From Candidatus Wolfebacteria bacterium RIFCSPLOWO2_01_FULL_45_19 (GTDB lineage Bacteria > Patescibacteriota > Minisyncoccia > UBA6257 > GWB1-45-9): a DNA stretch of 64,000 nt. The position numbers and the translations under genes are program-made. The notes beneath the pieces are model-generated. The model was given only the letters and a program-made list of their open reading frames with translations, searched no databases and was not told where the DNA came from. The stretch is taken from assembly GCA_001793855.1 (NCBI GenBank), contig MGIR01000001.1:93891-157890 (forward strand). Reading direction: 5' to 3'. Below, one piece after another: positions 18,128 through 28,064 of the stretch (the stretch's first letter is position 1; each line of letters begins with the position of its first letter).

Positions 18128-19593
18128 GCAAATTTTACGTTACTACCGCGATTGACTATGTCAACGCGGCTCCGCATATCGGACATGCGCTTGAAAAAAT
18201 ACAGGCTGACGCGATCGCGCGTCATCGCCGTCTTAAAGGAGATGAAGTATATTTTTTGACCGGAACGGATGAGCATGGCGCGAAAATTGCGCGCGCGGCA
18301 GAAGTCGCCGGGAAAGAGCCTTTGGAATTCACGAATGAGAACGCAGCTCACTTTCAGAATTTAAAAACCATTTTGAATCTTTCATGGGACGATTTTATAA
18401 GAACTTCCGACCGGAAACGTCATTGGTCCGGAGCGCAGAAATTATGGCTTAAACTTGAAGAGGCGGGGGATTTGTATAAAAAGAAATATCGAGGACTTTA
18501 TTGTGTTGGACACGAAGCATTTGTTACTGAAAAGGACCTGGTAAACGGAAAATGCAAAGACCATCAAAAAGAGCCGGAAATTATAGAAGAAGAAAATTAT
18601 TTTTTCCGTCTTTCAAAATACGCCAAAGAAATAGAATCAAAAATTAAAAATAATGAATTAAGAATAATTCCCGAATCGCGCAAAAATGAGATTTTATCTT
18701 TTATTTCACAGGGACTTGAAGACGTGAGCTTTTCGCGTCCGCGAAAAGATTTATCGTGGGGCATTCCGGTTCCGAACGACTCTGAACACACGATGTATGT
18801 TTGGGCGGACGCTTTGGCGAATTACATTACCGCCATCGGCTATGCCGATGAAGATTCCAGATTCTTGCATTGGTGGCCGGTTGATTTGCACGTTATAGGC
18901 AAAGATATTCTTCGTTTTCACGCGGCTATTTGGCCCGGAATGCTCCTGTCTGCAAAATTGCCTTTGCCGAAAGAAATTTTTGTCCACGGTTTTATAACGG
19001 TTGAGAATGAAAAAATGTCAAAAACCGTTGGCAATATCATAAGTCCGGTTGAATTGATTAAAAAATATGGAACTGATCCGGTGCGTTATTATCTTTTGCG
19101 CGAAATTCCGACTGCGGATGACGGTGATTTTTCATATAGAAAATTTGAGCAAAGATACAACGGCGAACTTGCGAATGGGCTTGGAAATCTTGTGGCGCGT
19201 TCTGCGGCTCTGGGTGAAAAAATCAGCCCGATAGAGTTTGATTTCAAAAAAGACATTGAAACGGCGATTAAAAAAGAATCCGAGAGGGTTTTTGCCGGAT
19301 ATGAGAAAGCGATAGAGGAAATCCGTTTGAACGAGGCGCTCGGCTTGATTTGGGAGCTTATTTCTTTTTCGGACAGATATATAAACAACAAGAAACCGTG
19401 GGAATTGAAAGGCGACGCGTTGAAACAAATCGTCGTAAACGCGTGTTATTTGATTGGAGCGGTCACGAATTTACTTGAACCGTTTTTGCCTGAAACCGCC
19501 GGAAAAATCCGCGAACAAATTTCATTTTCGGACTCAAAAATTGAAATAAAAAAAAGCGCGGCTCTTTTTCCGCGCTTTGAGAAACAGTTATGA
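18124..19593 (+). CDS. metG: methionine--tRNA ligase
   Basis: The HIGH motif (PHIGHA) and KMSKT motif are present, with MetRS-wide similarity. Confidence 0.9.
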   Translation: MSKFYVTTAIDYVNAAPHIGHALEKIQADAIARHRRLKGDEVYFLTGTDEHGAKIARAAEVAGKEPLEFTNENAAHFQNLKTILNLSWDDFIRTSDRKRHWSGAQKLWLKLEEAGDLYKKKYRGLYCVGHEAFVTEKDLVNGKCKDHQKEPEIIEEENYFFRLSKYAKEIESKIKNNELRIIPESRKNEILSFISQGLEDVSFSRPRKDLSWGIPVPNDSEHTMYVWADALANYITAIGYADEDSRFLHWWPVDLHVIGKDILRFHAAIWPGMLLSAKLPLPKEIFVHGFITVENEKMSKTVGNIISPVELIKKYGTDPVRYYLLREIPTADDGDFSYRKFEQRYNGELANGLGNLVARSAALGEKISPIEFDFKKDIETAIKKESERVFAGYEKAIEEIRLNEALGLIWELISFSDRYINNKKPWELKGDALKQIVVNACYLIGAVTNLLEPFLPETAGKIREQISFSDSKIEIKKSAALFPRFEKQL

Positions 19594-19603
19594 GATTGTG
19601 AAA

Positions 19604-20377
19604 ATGCCGCCAAAATTGTTTGACGTCCATACCCATATCCAATTTGCCGCGTTTAACGGTGAAACCGACGCGGTTATTCGGCGCGCTTTAGATGCTGGAA
19701 TTTGGCTAATAAGTGTCGGTACGGATAAGACAACTTCCGCGCAAGCTATTGAAGCGACGCAGAAATATCCAGAGGGCGTGTACGCTACGGTGGGGCTCCA
19801 TCCGAACGAAAATGAAAAATTTGAATATGAATACTACAAAGGACTCGCGCAAGACCAAAAAGTTGTCGCGATAGGGGAGTGCGGGCTGGATTACTACAGA
19901 ATCTTGAATCTAGAATCTAGAATCTTGCAAAAGCAAGTTTTTGATAATCAAATATTGTTGGCGCATGAGATAAAGAAACCATTAATGATTCATTGCCGTA
20001 ACGCTTTCGGTGATTTAATAAAAATCCTAGATTCCAAATTCCAAATTTCAAATTCTTCGCCCGGAATTATTCACTTCTTCTCCGGAACAAAAGATGACGC
20101 TAAGCAATTGCTTGATCTCGGTTTTTCTTTTTCGTTCGGCGGAGTTATAACCTTCGCTCGCGATTACGACGAAATTATAAGATATATTCCACTTGATAGG
20201 ATTATTTTAGAAACAGACGCGCCATATGTCGCGCCGATTCCGTATCGCGGCAAAAGAAACGAGCCAGCGTATATTGTTGAAACCGCCAAAAAACTGGCGG
20301 AATTGAAAAACGTTTCATTTGAAGAAATATCCGCAACAACAACTTTAAACGCGAAAAGAATATTCGCCATAAATTAA
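19604..20377 (+). CDS. tatD: TatD-family metal-dependent hydrolase (DNase)
   Basis: Motifs FDVHTH, GECGLDYYR and MIHCR are present. The start was set at MPPKLFD because the track's 19577 start overlaps the metG stop. Confidence 0.85.
   Translation: MPPKLFDVHTHIQFAAFNGETDAVIRRALDAGIWLISVGTDKTTSAQAIEATQKYPEGVYATVGLHPNENEKFEYEYYKGLAQDQKVVAIGECGLDYYRILNLESRILQKQVFDNQILLAHEIKKPLMIHCRNAFGDLIKILDSKFQISNSSPGIIHFFSGTKDDAKQLLDLGFSFSFGGVITFARDYDEIIRYIPLDRIILETDAPYVAPIPYRGKRNEPAYIVETAKKLAELKNVSFEEISATTTLNAKRIFAIN
19898..19925. repeat. 4 x 7-nt tandem repeat (a/t)GAATCT inside tatD
   Basis: agaatct tgaatct agaatct agaatct. A second array, (agattcc aaattcc aaatttc aaattct), lies at 20029-20056. Confidence 0.7.
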
Positions 20378-20409
20378 AAACCCCAGTTATAAAACTGAGG
20401 GTCGTGCGT

Positions 20410-20928
20410 TTACGCAGGTTTGCCATCCGGAATTTTTTCTTTTTGTTTTTCTTCTCCAGGTTTGAGCGGATCGCAAGATATGAAATAAAAAAACAGACAG
20501 ATGACCAGAAAGTCGAATGCTTCTAAATAAATCTGCAATTCTGACAATTCCGGTGACGGCGCTGGAATTGAGATTAACAGAATTAATGACGATATGAACA
20601 AAAGAACTAACAAAAATACATTGATTCTCCTAAAAAAACCGAGAAGATTGCTGGCTTTTATTGGATTAGAGCCGCCTTTTTTCTGCGCATCGTAACATTG
20701 TTTTTCCATTATTGGGATGTATAGAAAATAGACTAAACTCCACCCTGCAATAAGGAGAATGTTCCAAAAAGATACGCCTTCTTCGTTGATCTTCCAAAGG
20801 CCAAACATCACTACGTATGCCGAGCATATGCGCGCCAACCAGAAACAGCTCCAGCCGGTGATTCGTTCCGTTTTCTGGGCAAATTTTTCAATCTTTTCCA
20901 GTAAAAAGGAATCTAATTTTGAAACCAT
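20410..20928 (-). CDS. hypothetical membrane protein
   Basis: Transmembrane segments are present. No family was recognised. Confidence 0.4.
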   Translation of the reverse strand: MVSKLDSFLLEKIEKFAQKTERITGWSCFWLARICSAYVVMFGLWKINEEGVSFWNILLIAGWSLVYFLYIPIMEKQCYDAQKKGGSNPIKASNLLGFFRRINVFLLVLLFISSLILLISIPAPSPELSELQIYLEAFDFLVICLFFYFISCDPLKPGEEKQKEKIPDGKPA

Positions 20929-20970
20929 ATTTTATTCCTTTTCAGATTGTTAAAGAGCACTTTATTCTAT

Positions 20971-20998
20971 TTGACAGATTTAAAAATGTCAATATAAT
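20971..20998 (+). promoter_or_regulatory. promoter TTGACA-N16-TATAAT with embedded palindrome ttgaca..tgtcaa
   Basis: The elements are in the sequence, upstream of the aldehyde dehydrogenase gene. Confidence 0.55.
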
Positions 20999-21031
20999 GG
21001 CAAGCAGGTCTTTTTCAAAAAGGGATTTGAA

Positions 21032-22747
21032 ATGAACTCTGTTCGCGAACGAATTGAAACTCAGTTTTCCAATAAAGTCTATCCGAATCCGGTTGACCCC
21101 AAAATTGCGCGACAGTTTGTCGCCGGAATTGAAAGGTTTAGAAAAGAATATATCTTCCACCATTATTTTTGGATATTGGGAGATAATAGCGAATTCAGCG
21201 GCTCTTGGTATGAAACGCGCGATCCCAATTCGACCGAAACTATCGTAGGGCGCTTTCCTCAATTTTCCGCGAGTCGTCTTGCCTCAATTGCTGAATTTCG
21301 TCTTCCGCATATCCGCGCGGCTGGCAGAAGATTTTTTCTTGAGAATCCATGGCAAAAACGGGTTCGCTTGCTTGAAATAATTTCCGATGTAGTGAAAGAA
21401 CGTTTTTGGCTCCTTTGCGCCGCGAAAATGTATGAAACCGGACAATCTGCTTCCGAGGCCATTGGCGAAACCGATGAGGAAATTGATTTCCCGCTTGTAA
21501 ACGCGATGTATCTTGAAGAACTTAATCGCGAGCTTCGTTTTCCAAGTCCGTCATGGGCAGGTGATTTAAATGGAGAACGTTTTGTTCCTCACGGCGTATT
21601 TCTTGACGTAGAGCCGTTTAATTTTCCTGGCGCGATACCGATGGATATGGCGACTAAGGCTCTCGCGATGGGAAATGCCGTTATTCTGAAACCGTCGCCT
21701 AAAGCGTCGCTTTGCGGTTATCTCGTGTGGGAAAGTATTAAAATCGCTTTTGAACGCGTAGGCATTAATTGGCACGGAGTGGTGAATTACGCTCCCGGTG
21801 ACGCCGAAGTTGTTGACGCGTTCCTTTCTAGCCCAGAAATCGCTGGAATGTCATTTACCGGCTCCAGCGCGGTTTTTCACGATATCAAAGAGCGGCATGG
21901 ACAAATTTTACGCCATGGCTGGCGGGGAAAAGCGAAGCTTGTCACCGGCTCTGCCGAAACAAGCGGCGTAAACACTTTTATCGTATGCGCGGACACCGAC
22001 CCGGTTTATGCGGCTAATGAATATGTAAAATCATTCGTAGGACGTTCTGGGCAAAAATGTTCATCAGCGCGCATCGCTTTCGTGGACATGAAATTGTATT
22101 CATTGTTTATGGCCGCGGTAGTAGAGCGGCTTGAACAAATCCATTACGGAGACGTTAGAAAAGGCGCGGATTTGGGCGCTATGATTACTGCGGCTGACAG
22201 CAAAAAGCTGTCACGGCAAATAGAAGAGCTTAAAAACGCCGGGCTTGTTCGTGTATATCGCGAAAAGCCGATTACTCGCGTTTCCAACAATGATTTTCCG
22301 CCAACCGTTCTTGAGTATACAGATTCTGCTTACAACGAGAGAGCTGTTCGAACTCTTATGAACACGGAATTTTTCGGTCCGGTCAGCACTGTTGTTCCGT
22401 TCCGTAATCTTGATAAGGTTGAACGCATGTGTAATGTAACGAATTTCGCGTTAACTGGTTCGGTGTTTTGCCGCGATATCGGTACGCTTGAACGAGTGCT
22501 CAATTTCATTCCGGCAGGCAATTTGTACTGGAATCGAAAATGCACAGGCGCTTTGGTTGAAATGGAATGTTTTGGCGGCCTCCGTTCAGCCTCGTCTCCA
22601 AACGGAGTAAAAGGCAAACACGCATTAACGCTTTTCGGTTCGGATGTTACTTTTTCCGGATTTTATCCTGAGAAAGTAGACAATGAATACAAAGAAGCCG
22701 CGCGTGAAATGTTTACGCGAAACGGTTTCAATCTTTCCAAGTGGTAA
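21032..22747 (+). CDS. aldehyde dehydrogenase superfamily protein (1-pyrroline-5-carboxylate dehydrogenase-like)
   Basis: The catalytic-cysteine motif GQKCSSARIA is present, with FTGSSAVF and an ALDH fold. Confidence 0.7.
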   Translation: MNSVRERIETQFSNKVYPNPVDPKIARQFVAGIERFRKEYIFHHYFWILGDNSEFSGSWYETRDPNSTETIVGRFPQFSASRLASIAEFRLPHIRAAGRRFFLENPWQKRVRLLEIISDVVKERFWLLCAAKMYETGQSASEAIGETDEEIDFPLVNAMYLEELNRELRFPSPSWAGDLNGERFVPHGVFLDVEPFNFPGAIPMDMATKALAMGNAVILKPSPKASLCGYLVWESIKIAFERVGINWHGVVNYAPGDAEVVDAFLSSPEIAGMSFTGSSAVFHDIKERHGQILRHGWRGKAKLVTGSAETSGVNTFIVCADTDPVYAANEYVKSFVGRSGQKCSSARIAFVDMKLYSLFMAAVVERLEQIHYGDVRKGADLGAMITAADSKKLSRQIEELKNAGLVRVYREKPITRVSNNDFPPTVLEYTDSAYNERAVRTLMNTEFFGPVSTVVPFRNLDKVERMCNVTNFALTGSVFCRDIGTLERVLNFIPAGNLYWNRKCTGALVEMECFGGLRSASSPNGVKGKHALTLFGSDVTFSGFYPEKVDNEYKEAAREMFTRNGFNLSKW

Positions 22748-22754
22748 ATTTTTC

Positions 22755-22785
22755 AGCCGCCCTACAGCAATTTGGGCGGCTTTTG
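22755..22785 (+). terminator. rho-independent terminator
   Basis: A hairpin (gccgccc ... gggcggc) is followed by TTTT. Confidence 0.6.
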
Positions 22786-22804
22786 AATATCTGATAATTC
22801 ACAT

Positions 22805-22832
22805 TTGACAATACACACACATATGATATACT
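22805..22832 (+). promoter_or_regulatory. promoter TTGACA-N16-TATACT
   Basis: The elements are in the sequence, upstream of nusA. Confidence 0.45.
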
Positions 22833-22876
22833 CAATTTGATAGTGAACAGTCCGCCTTCGCGGGCTATTTTAAAAA

Positions 22877-24070
22877 ATGGATTTAAAAGACCTTAAAAAA
22901 GCCGTTGACCAAATTGCCAGAGAAAAAGGGCTTGACTCGGAAAAAGTGCTGGAGGCTATAGAGTCGTCAATCGCCGCGGCTTATAAAAAAGAATACGGTA
23001 AAAAAAACGAGATGATCCGGAGCAAATTTGATTTAAACACCGGAGAGTTGAAATTTTGGCAGATTAAAACCGTTGTTGACGAAAATACCGTCAGAATAGT
23101 CGAGGAAAGCGAAGAAACTCAGGAAGTCGCGTCTCCGAAAGAAACAGCAAGGTCGGACGAGCCGGTTCTGCCGCGCTACAATCCGGACAGGCATATTTTT
23201 TTAGAAGAAGCAAAAAAGCTTAAAGCTGATGCCGTTATAGACGAGGAATTTTCTTTTCCGCTTGAAACACGTGAAGATTTTGGGCGCATAGCCGCGCAGA
23301 CCGCGAAACAAGTTATCTTGCAGCGCCTTCGCGAAGCTGAACGAAGCTCGGTTCTCAAAGAATTTAAAAACAAGGAGGGCGAGGTTGTCAGTGGCATTGT
23401 CCAGCGTTTTGAGCGCGGCAATGTTTATATTGACTTGGGACGCACCACTGGAGTTATGTTTTCTAACGAATCAATTCCCGGCGAGCATTATCGCGTCGGT
23501 GAACGTTTAAGATTTTATGTTTTGGCGGTCCAAGAGGATGCGCGTCTCCCGGGCATAATTTTGTCCCGCGCTCATCCGCAATTCGTGGCGGCGCTTTTCA
23601 AAATGGAAGTCCCGGAAATTGCCGAAGGCACGGTTGAAATAAAAGCGCTTGCTCGCGAACCCGGCAGCAGAACAAAACTTGCCGTAGCTTCAAATGCCGA
23701 GGGTATTGATCCTGTCGGTTCGTGCGTAGGCCAGCGCGGAACGCGGGTTATGACCGTAAACAACGAGCTCGGGCAGGAAAAACTTGATATAATAGAATGG
23801 TCGGCAGATTCCGAAAAGTTTATCGCCAATTCTCTTTCTCCGGCTAAAGTAAAATCTGTTGAAATATTGCCGCGTCGCGAAGTGCGCGTTTACGTTCCCG
23901 ATGATCAGCTTAGTTTGGCCATAGGCAAGGGAGGCCAAAACGTCCGTTTAGCCGCAAAGCTTACTGGATGGAAAATAGACGTCCGTTCGCAATCAAAACC
24001 TGAAGAGATGCAGGCAGAAGGAATAGCGGAAGGAGAAGCGGAGGAACCGAAAAACGAAGAGACAGAATAA
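22877..24070 (+). CDS. nusA: transcription termination/antitermination factor NusA
   Basis: The N-terminal domain, the S1 domain and two KH domains are present ([21 protein letters not shown]). Confidence 0.9.
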   Translation: MDLKDLKKAVDQIAREKGLDSEKVLEAIESSIAAAYKKEYGKKNEMIRSKFDLNTGELKFWQIKTVVDENTVRIVEESEETQEVASPKETARSDEPVLPRYNPDRHIFLEEAKKLKADAVIDEEFSFPLETREDFGRIAAQTAKQVILQRLREAERSSVLKEFKNKEGEVVSGIVQRFERGNVYIDLGRTTGVMFSNESIPGEHYRVGERLRFYVLAVQEDARLPGIILSRAHPQFVAALFKMEVPEIAEGTVEIKALAREPGSRTKLAVASNAEGIDPVGSCVGQRGTRVMTVNNELGQEKLDIIEWSADSEKFIANSLSPAKVKSVEILPRREVRVYVPDDQLSLAIGKGGQNVRLAAKLTGWKIDVRSQSKPEEMQAEGIAEGEAEEPKNEETE

Positions 24071-24074
24071 AACA

Positions 24075-26057
24075 ATGCTTATTTATCTTTTAATATTCGT
24101 TCCGATCGCGGTGGCTTTGGTTTATAGCGCCGCGATCATACTATGGCTTCGCCGCCAGCCAATGGGTAGCGAAAAAATGCTCAAAATTTCCGAAGCCATA
24201 CGCTCCGGCTCGCATGCTTTTCTTAACCGTCAATATAAAACTATCGGCATTGTCGCCGTTGTTTTGTTCGTTATAATTTCCTATTTTCTTGGCTTGCAAG
24301 TCGGCCTCGGTTTTCTTGTCGGGGCGATTGCCTCCGGTTTGGCAGGGTATATCGGAATGAATGTGTCCGTTAATTCCAATGCGACTACTGCCGCGGCCGC
24401 GAGTGTTGGATTGGAAAAAGCATTGGCAGTGGCGTTCAGGGCCGGTTCTGTTACCGGAATGCTCGTTGCGGCTCTCGCGCTTCTTGCGGTCGCCGGTTTT
24501 TATTTTTTGACCGAAAATATAATGAGCTTAATCGGATTGGCATTCGGCGCGAGTTTAATTTCGATGTTCGCTCGTTTGGGCGGAGGAATTTATACGAAAG
24601 CCGCCGATGTTGGCGCTGACTTGGTGGGCAAAATTGAAGCCGGCATACCGGAAGACGACCCGCGAAATCCCGCTGTCATAGCGGATAATGTCGGCGACAA
24701 CGTCGGAGACTGCGCCGGAATGGCCGCGGACCTTTTTGAGACATACGCCGTAACCGTGGTTGCCGCGATTCTTTTAGGCACTCTCGCGCTTTCCGGATTA
24801 AACGAAACCGAAGGTATTTTCCTGCCGTTTGCCGTAGGCGGAGCGGCGCTTGTTGCGTCGGTAATCGGCATTTTCTTCGTAAAACTCGGGAAAAAACAAT
24901 CTATAATGGGAGCGCTTTACAAGGCGCTGGCAGCCTCAATGATTATCGCCGCGGTGTTGTTTTTAATCCCTTTTATGCTTTATGGCGGAGACAATTATTT
25001 GAAATTATACTTCTCGGCATTAGTGGGTCTGGCTGTCGCAGCGCTGATGGTAGTTGTTACCGATTATTATACCGCCAAAAATTTCCGTCCAGTTCGCTCC
25101 ATTGCCGACGCGTCAAAATCCGGACACGGCACGAATATTATTATCGGACTCGCGGTCGGAATGGAGTCAACTTTTATACCTATACTTATTATTGTTGCCG
25201 GAATTTTGACGAGTTTTTGGCTCGGCGGACTTTACGGTATTGCTTTGGCGGCGCTCGGAATGTTGTCCGTTGCCGGAGTTATTCTGACCATTGATGCTTT
25301 TGGCCCGGTTACGGACAACGCCGGGGGCATAGCCGAAATGAGCAACGCGCCGGAAGAAGTAAGAAAGATTACAGACGCCTTGGACGCGGTCGGCAACACT
25401 ACCAAAGCAGTGACAAAGGGCTACGCTATAGCATCCGCGGGTTTGGCGGCCGCTGTGCTGTTTTCTGATTACGTGGAAAAACTTTCCGTCGCGCGCGAGA
25501 ACGTTATTTTTGAATTGAGCAATCCGTATGTTATCGTCGGATTGTTTTTAGGAGCGGCTGTGCCGTATCTTTTTGCTTCATTCGCAATGCGTTCGGTTGG
25601 AAAAGCCGCGGGCGCCGTAGTTGAAGAAGTTCGCCGTCAGTTCCGCGAAATTCCCGGCATCATGCAATATCAAGCTGAGCCGGAATATGGAACAGCCGTT
25701 GATATAGTCACGAAAGCCGCGCTTAAGGAAATGGTTGTTCCTTCGCTTATACCGATAGCAAGCGTTCTTTTGGTGGGTTTTTTTCTCGGCGCGCAGACTC
25801 TCGGCGGATTTCTTATCGGTTCAATCATATCCGGATTGTTCCTTGCGCTTTCAATGACCGCTGGCGGAGGCGCGTGGGATAATGCGAAAAAATACATAGA
25901 AGAAGGAAATTACGGAGGCAAGGGCAGTGAGGCGCACAAAGCCGCGGTAACCGGGGATACGGTAGGAGATCCATACAAAGACACCGCTGGCCCCGCAATT
26001 AATCCGCTTATTAAAGTAATAAATATCGTTGCTCTGCTTTTAGTGCCGTTTTTGTAA
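24075..26057 (+). CDS. hppA: membrane-bound proton/sodium-translocating pyrophosphatase
   Basis: The [17 protein letters not shown] and [19 protein letters not shown] signatures are present, with 15-16 transmembrane segments. Confidence 0.9.
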   Translation: MLIYLLIFVPIAVALVYSAAIILWLRRQPMGSEKMLKISEAIRSGSHAFLNRQYKTIGIVAVVLFVIISYFLGLQVGLGFLVGAIASGLAGYIGMNVSVNSNATTAAAASVGLEKALAVAFRAGSVTGMLVAALALLAVAGFYFLTENIMSLIGLAFGASLISMFARLGGGIYTKAADVGADLVGKIEAGIPEDDPRNPAVIADNVGDNVGDCAGMAADLFETYAVTVVAAILLGTLALSGLNETEGIFLPFAVGGAALVASVIGIFFVKLGKKQSIMGALYKALAASMIIAAVLFLIPFMLYGGDNYLKLYFSALVGLAVAALMVVVTDYYTAKNFRPVRSIADASKSGHGTNIIIGLAVGMESTFIPILIIVAGILTSFWLGGLYGIALAALGMLSVAGVILTIDAFGPVTDNAGGIAEMSNAPEEVRKITDALDAVGNTTKAVTKGYAIASAGLAAAVLFSDYVEKLSVARENVIFELSNPYVIVGLFLGAAVPYLFASFAMRSVGKAAGAVVEEVRRQFREIPGIMQYQAEPEYGTAVDIVTKAALKEMVVPSLIPIASVLLVGFFLGAQTLGGFLIGSIISGLFLALSMTAGGGAWDNAKKYIEEGNYGGKGSEAHKAAVTGDTVGDPYKDTAGPAINPLIKVINIVALLLVPFL

Positions 26058-26061
26058 GGGG

Positions 26062-26090
26062 TTGACAGATTTCAAAAATCAGCTATAATA
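26062..26090 (+). promoter_or_regulatory. near-consensus promoter TTGACA-N17-TATAAT
   Basis: The elements are in the sequence. A GGAGG ribosome-binding site lies 8 nt before the ATG at 26138. Confidence 0.6.
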
Positions 26091-26137
26091 CAAAGCGTAA
26101 GATGTAGTTCCCTAAAAACCTTTGATTTGGAGGATTT

Positions 26138-26548
26138 ATGAGTCATAGCCATAGGCACGAAACTCTGTATGAACGGCTGAGGTTTCCAACACCGCCAATC
26201 GGTGAACCGAACTCGGACGAGGACGGGTATCTCACAGAGCCGTGGCGGTCTAATACGGCGCATAGGCAACCCCCGAACCCCGCCGACTTCATGGTTGGCG
26301 AGGGCACGTTAATGGACGCCGGCCGGCTCACGGAAAAAGAACTCGCGGATCGCAAGAAGCGCATTCTCTATGACGAGGACGAGTTTCGCCTTGACGACCA
26401 AGAAGACGAAAGCGAAGACTCGGAAAAAAACCTCGCCATCGCGAATGAAGATCACGACGAGCACGAAGAAAAAGACGACTTCGGCGGCCATCCGCACCGG
26501 CACACAAAAAAATGCTATCCCGGCTGCACGCTCGTTTGGGAAGCGTAA
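26138..26548 (+). CDS. hypothetical acidic, His-rich small protein (136 aa) in a GC-rich segment
   Basis: The gene has a strong promoter, a Shine-Dalgarno sequence and a terminator. Its composition (GC-rich codons) differs from the flanking genes. The protein begins MSHSHRHE and ends HPHRHTKKCYPGC. Confidence 0.55.
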   Translation: MSHSHRHETLYERLRFPTPPIGEPNSDEDGYLTEPWRSNTAHRQPPNPADFMVGEGTLMDAGRLTEKELADRKKRILYDEDEFRLDDQEDESEDSEKNLAIANEDHDEHEEKDDFGGHPHRHTKKCYPGCTLVWEA

Positions 26549-26563
26549 CCGCTTTCCCGCCAA

Positions 26564-26595
26564 TCCCCGCGTTAACGTGAACGCGGGGATTTTTT
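26564..26595 (+). terminator. rho-independent terminator
   Basis: A perfect 10-bp stem (tccccgcgtt ... aacgcgggga) is followed by T6. Confidence 0.7.
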
Positions 26596-26643
26596 GCGCT
26601 CTAGCCTTTGACGTTAATTTGTAACGATGTATAATTTCTGTAA

Positions 26644-27951
26644 GTGGCAAACGGTAATTCAAATTTAAAATTGAAATTTCTTTTCGTTTCGGTTGAACCG
26701 TTAAGCGGCGATTTGGCTTGGACTTTAAAAAGGGAAGGGCACGAAATTAAAATATTCATAAAAGATAAGGACTCTCCTGACGTTTACGACGGTTTTTTAG
26801 ATAAAGTTGAAAGATGGGAAGATTTCACGGATTGGTGCGACGTTCTAATTTTTGACGATGTCGGTTTCGGGGCAACGGCGGAGAAACTTCGCAAAAAAGG
26901 CAAATTCGTCATCGGTGGCTCGGTTTATACCGACCGGTTGGAAATGGATCGCGAATTCGGTCAACAAGAATTAAAAAATCGCGGCATTAACATTCTGCCG
27001 CATTGGCATTTCACGAATTACGACGAGGCCGTGAACTTTTTGAGACAAAACCCGGCACGTTACGTCTTTAAACCCATCGGAGCCATTCTATCTGAATATA
27101 AAGATCTCCTTTTTATCGGCGAAGAAGAAGATGGTAGAGACCTTTTGGAACTTTTGGACCAAAACAAAAAGATATGGCAAAAAAAAACGCCCATTTTTCA
27201 GTTACAGAAGTTCGTTTCCGGTGTGGAGGTCGCGATAGGAACATTTTTTAACGGCAAGGATTTTATATATCCCATAAATGTAAACTTTGAGCATAAGCGC
27301 GTGTTTCCCGGGGACATAGGGCCTTTAACCGGCGATATGGGAGCTCTTATGTTCTGGAGCGAACCGAATTATCTTTTTAAGGCCACGCTGGAAAAAATGC
27401 TTCCTGCCCTTCGGGAGTCCGGTTACGTCGGATATATTGATATTAACTGCATAGTAAACGGCCGAGGGATCTATCCATTGGAATTCACGACGCGTTTCGG
27501 TTACCCAACCATAAGTGTTCAACTTGAGGGTATAATTATGCCGACGAGCGAGTGGTTGTATCGCCTAGCGCGCGGAGAAAATTTTGAATTAAAAACCAAA
27601 AGAGGATTCCAGGTCGGAGTGATGATTATGCTTCCGAGCATGTTCGCTTCGCATAAAGACAAAGAAACGCTTGAGGTTTATCATGATTTACCTATACTGT
27701 TTAAAAAGCCGAACGTGTTGGAAGGAATTCATATAGACGACATTAAGCTTGAGGATGGCGTATGGAGGATAGCCGGCAATTCCGGGGCGGTGATGATTGT
27801 AACCGGTTCCGGCACTACGGTTGAAGAAACCAGAAAACAGACCTACTTGCGCATTCAAAATATTATGGTGCAAAATATGTTTTACCGCACCGACGTTGGC
27901 GTAAAGTGGGCGGAAGACGGTGATAAATTAAGAACATGGGGCTACATTTAA
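26644..27951 (+). CDS. ATP-grasp enzyme, phosphoribosylamine--glycine ligase (PurD)-like
   Basis: ATP-grasp motifs are present (YVFKPIG, EFTTRFGYP). The GTG start is uncertain, and an alternative TTG lies at 26671. Confidence 0.5.
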   Translation: MANGNSNLKLKFLFVSVEPLSGDLAWTLKREGHEIKIFIKDKDSPDVYDGFLDKVERWEDFTDWCDVLIFDDVGFGATAEKLRKKGKFVIGGSVYTDRLEMDREFGQQELKNRGINILPHWHFTNYDEAVNFLRQNPARYVFKPIGAILSEYKDLLFIGEEEDGRDLLELLDQNKKIWQKKTPIFQLQKFVSGVEVAIGTFFNGKDFIYPINVNFEHKRVFPGDIGPLTGDMGALMFWSEPNYLFKATLEKMLPALRESGYVGYIDINCIVNGRGIYPLEFTTRFGYPTISVQLEGIIMPTSEWLYRLARGENFELKTKRGFQVGVMIMLPSMFASHKDKETLEVYHDLPILFKKPNVLEGIHIDDIKLEDGVWRIAGNSGAVMIVTGSGTTVEETRKQTYLRIQNIMVQNMFYRTDVGVKWAEDGDKLRTWGYI

Positions 27952-27954
27952 ATA

Positions 27955-28049
27955 AATAGATCGTCTGAGCAGTCGCGAATAGAGCACTCACTTAGCATTA
28001 TTGCAAAATCGGAGGTCACCATTCGCGGCTGCTTAGGCGATCTATTTAA
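27955..28049. repeat. long hairpin: ~26-bp imperfect stem with ~40-nt loop, followed by T-tract
   Basis: aatagatcgtctgagcagtcgcgaat pairs with attcgcggctgcttaggcgatctatt (3 mismatches). It likely terminates the ATP-grasp gene. Confidence 0.5.
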
Positions 28050-28064
28050 TTTTTTGCGATCGTA

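Noticed and set aside
24590-24871. Antisense ORFs inside hppA, also 25670-25897
   Set aside because: They are GC-skewed antisense frames inside a highly conserved gene and have no independent support.
26309-26662. 117-aa minus-strand ORF opposite the GC-rich small gene
   Set aside because: It is antisense to a gene that has its own promoter, Shine-Dalgarno sequence and terminator. Its repetitive V, F and R composition follows from the acidic codons opposite it.
26644-27951. Confident annotation as PurD (purine biosynthesis)
   Set aside because: No other purine-pathway genes are in the window, and reduced genomes often lack the pathway. I kept only the call of ATP-grasp, PurD-like.
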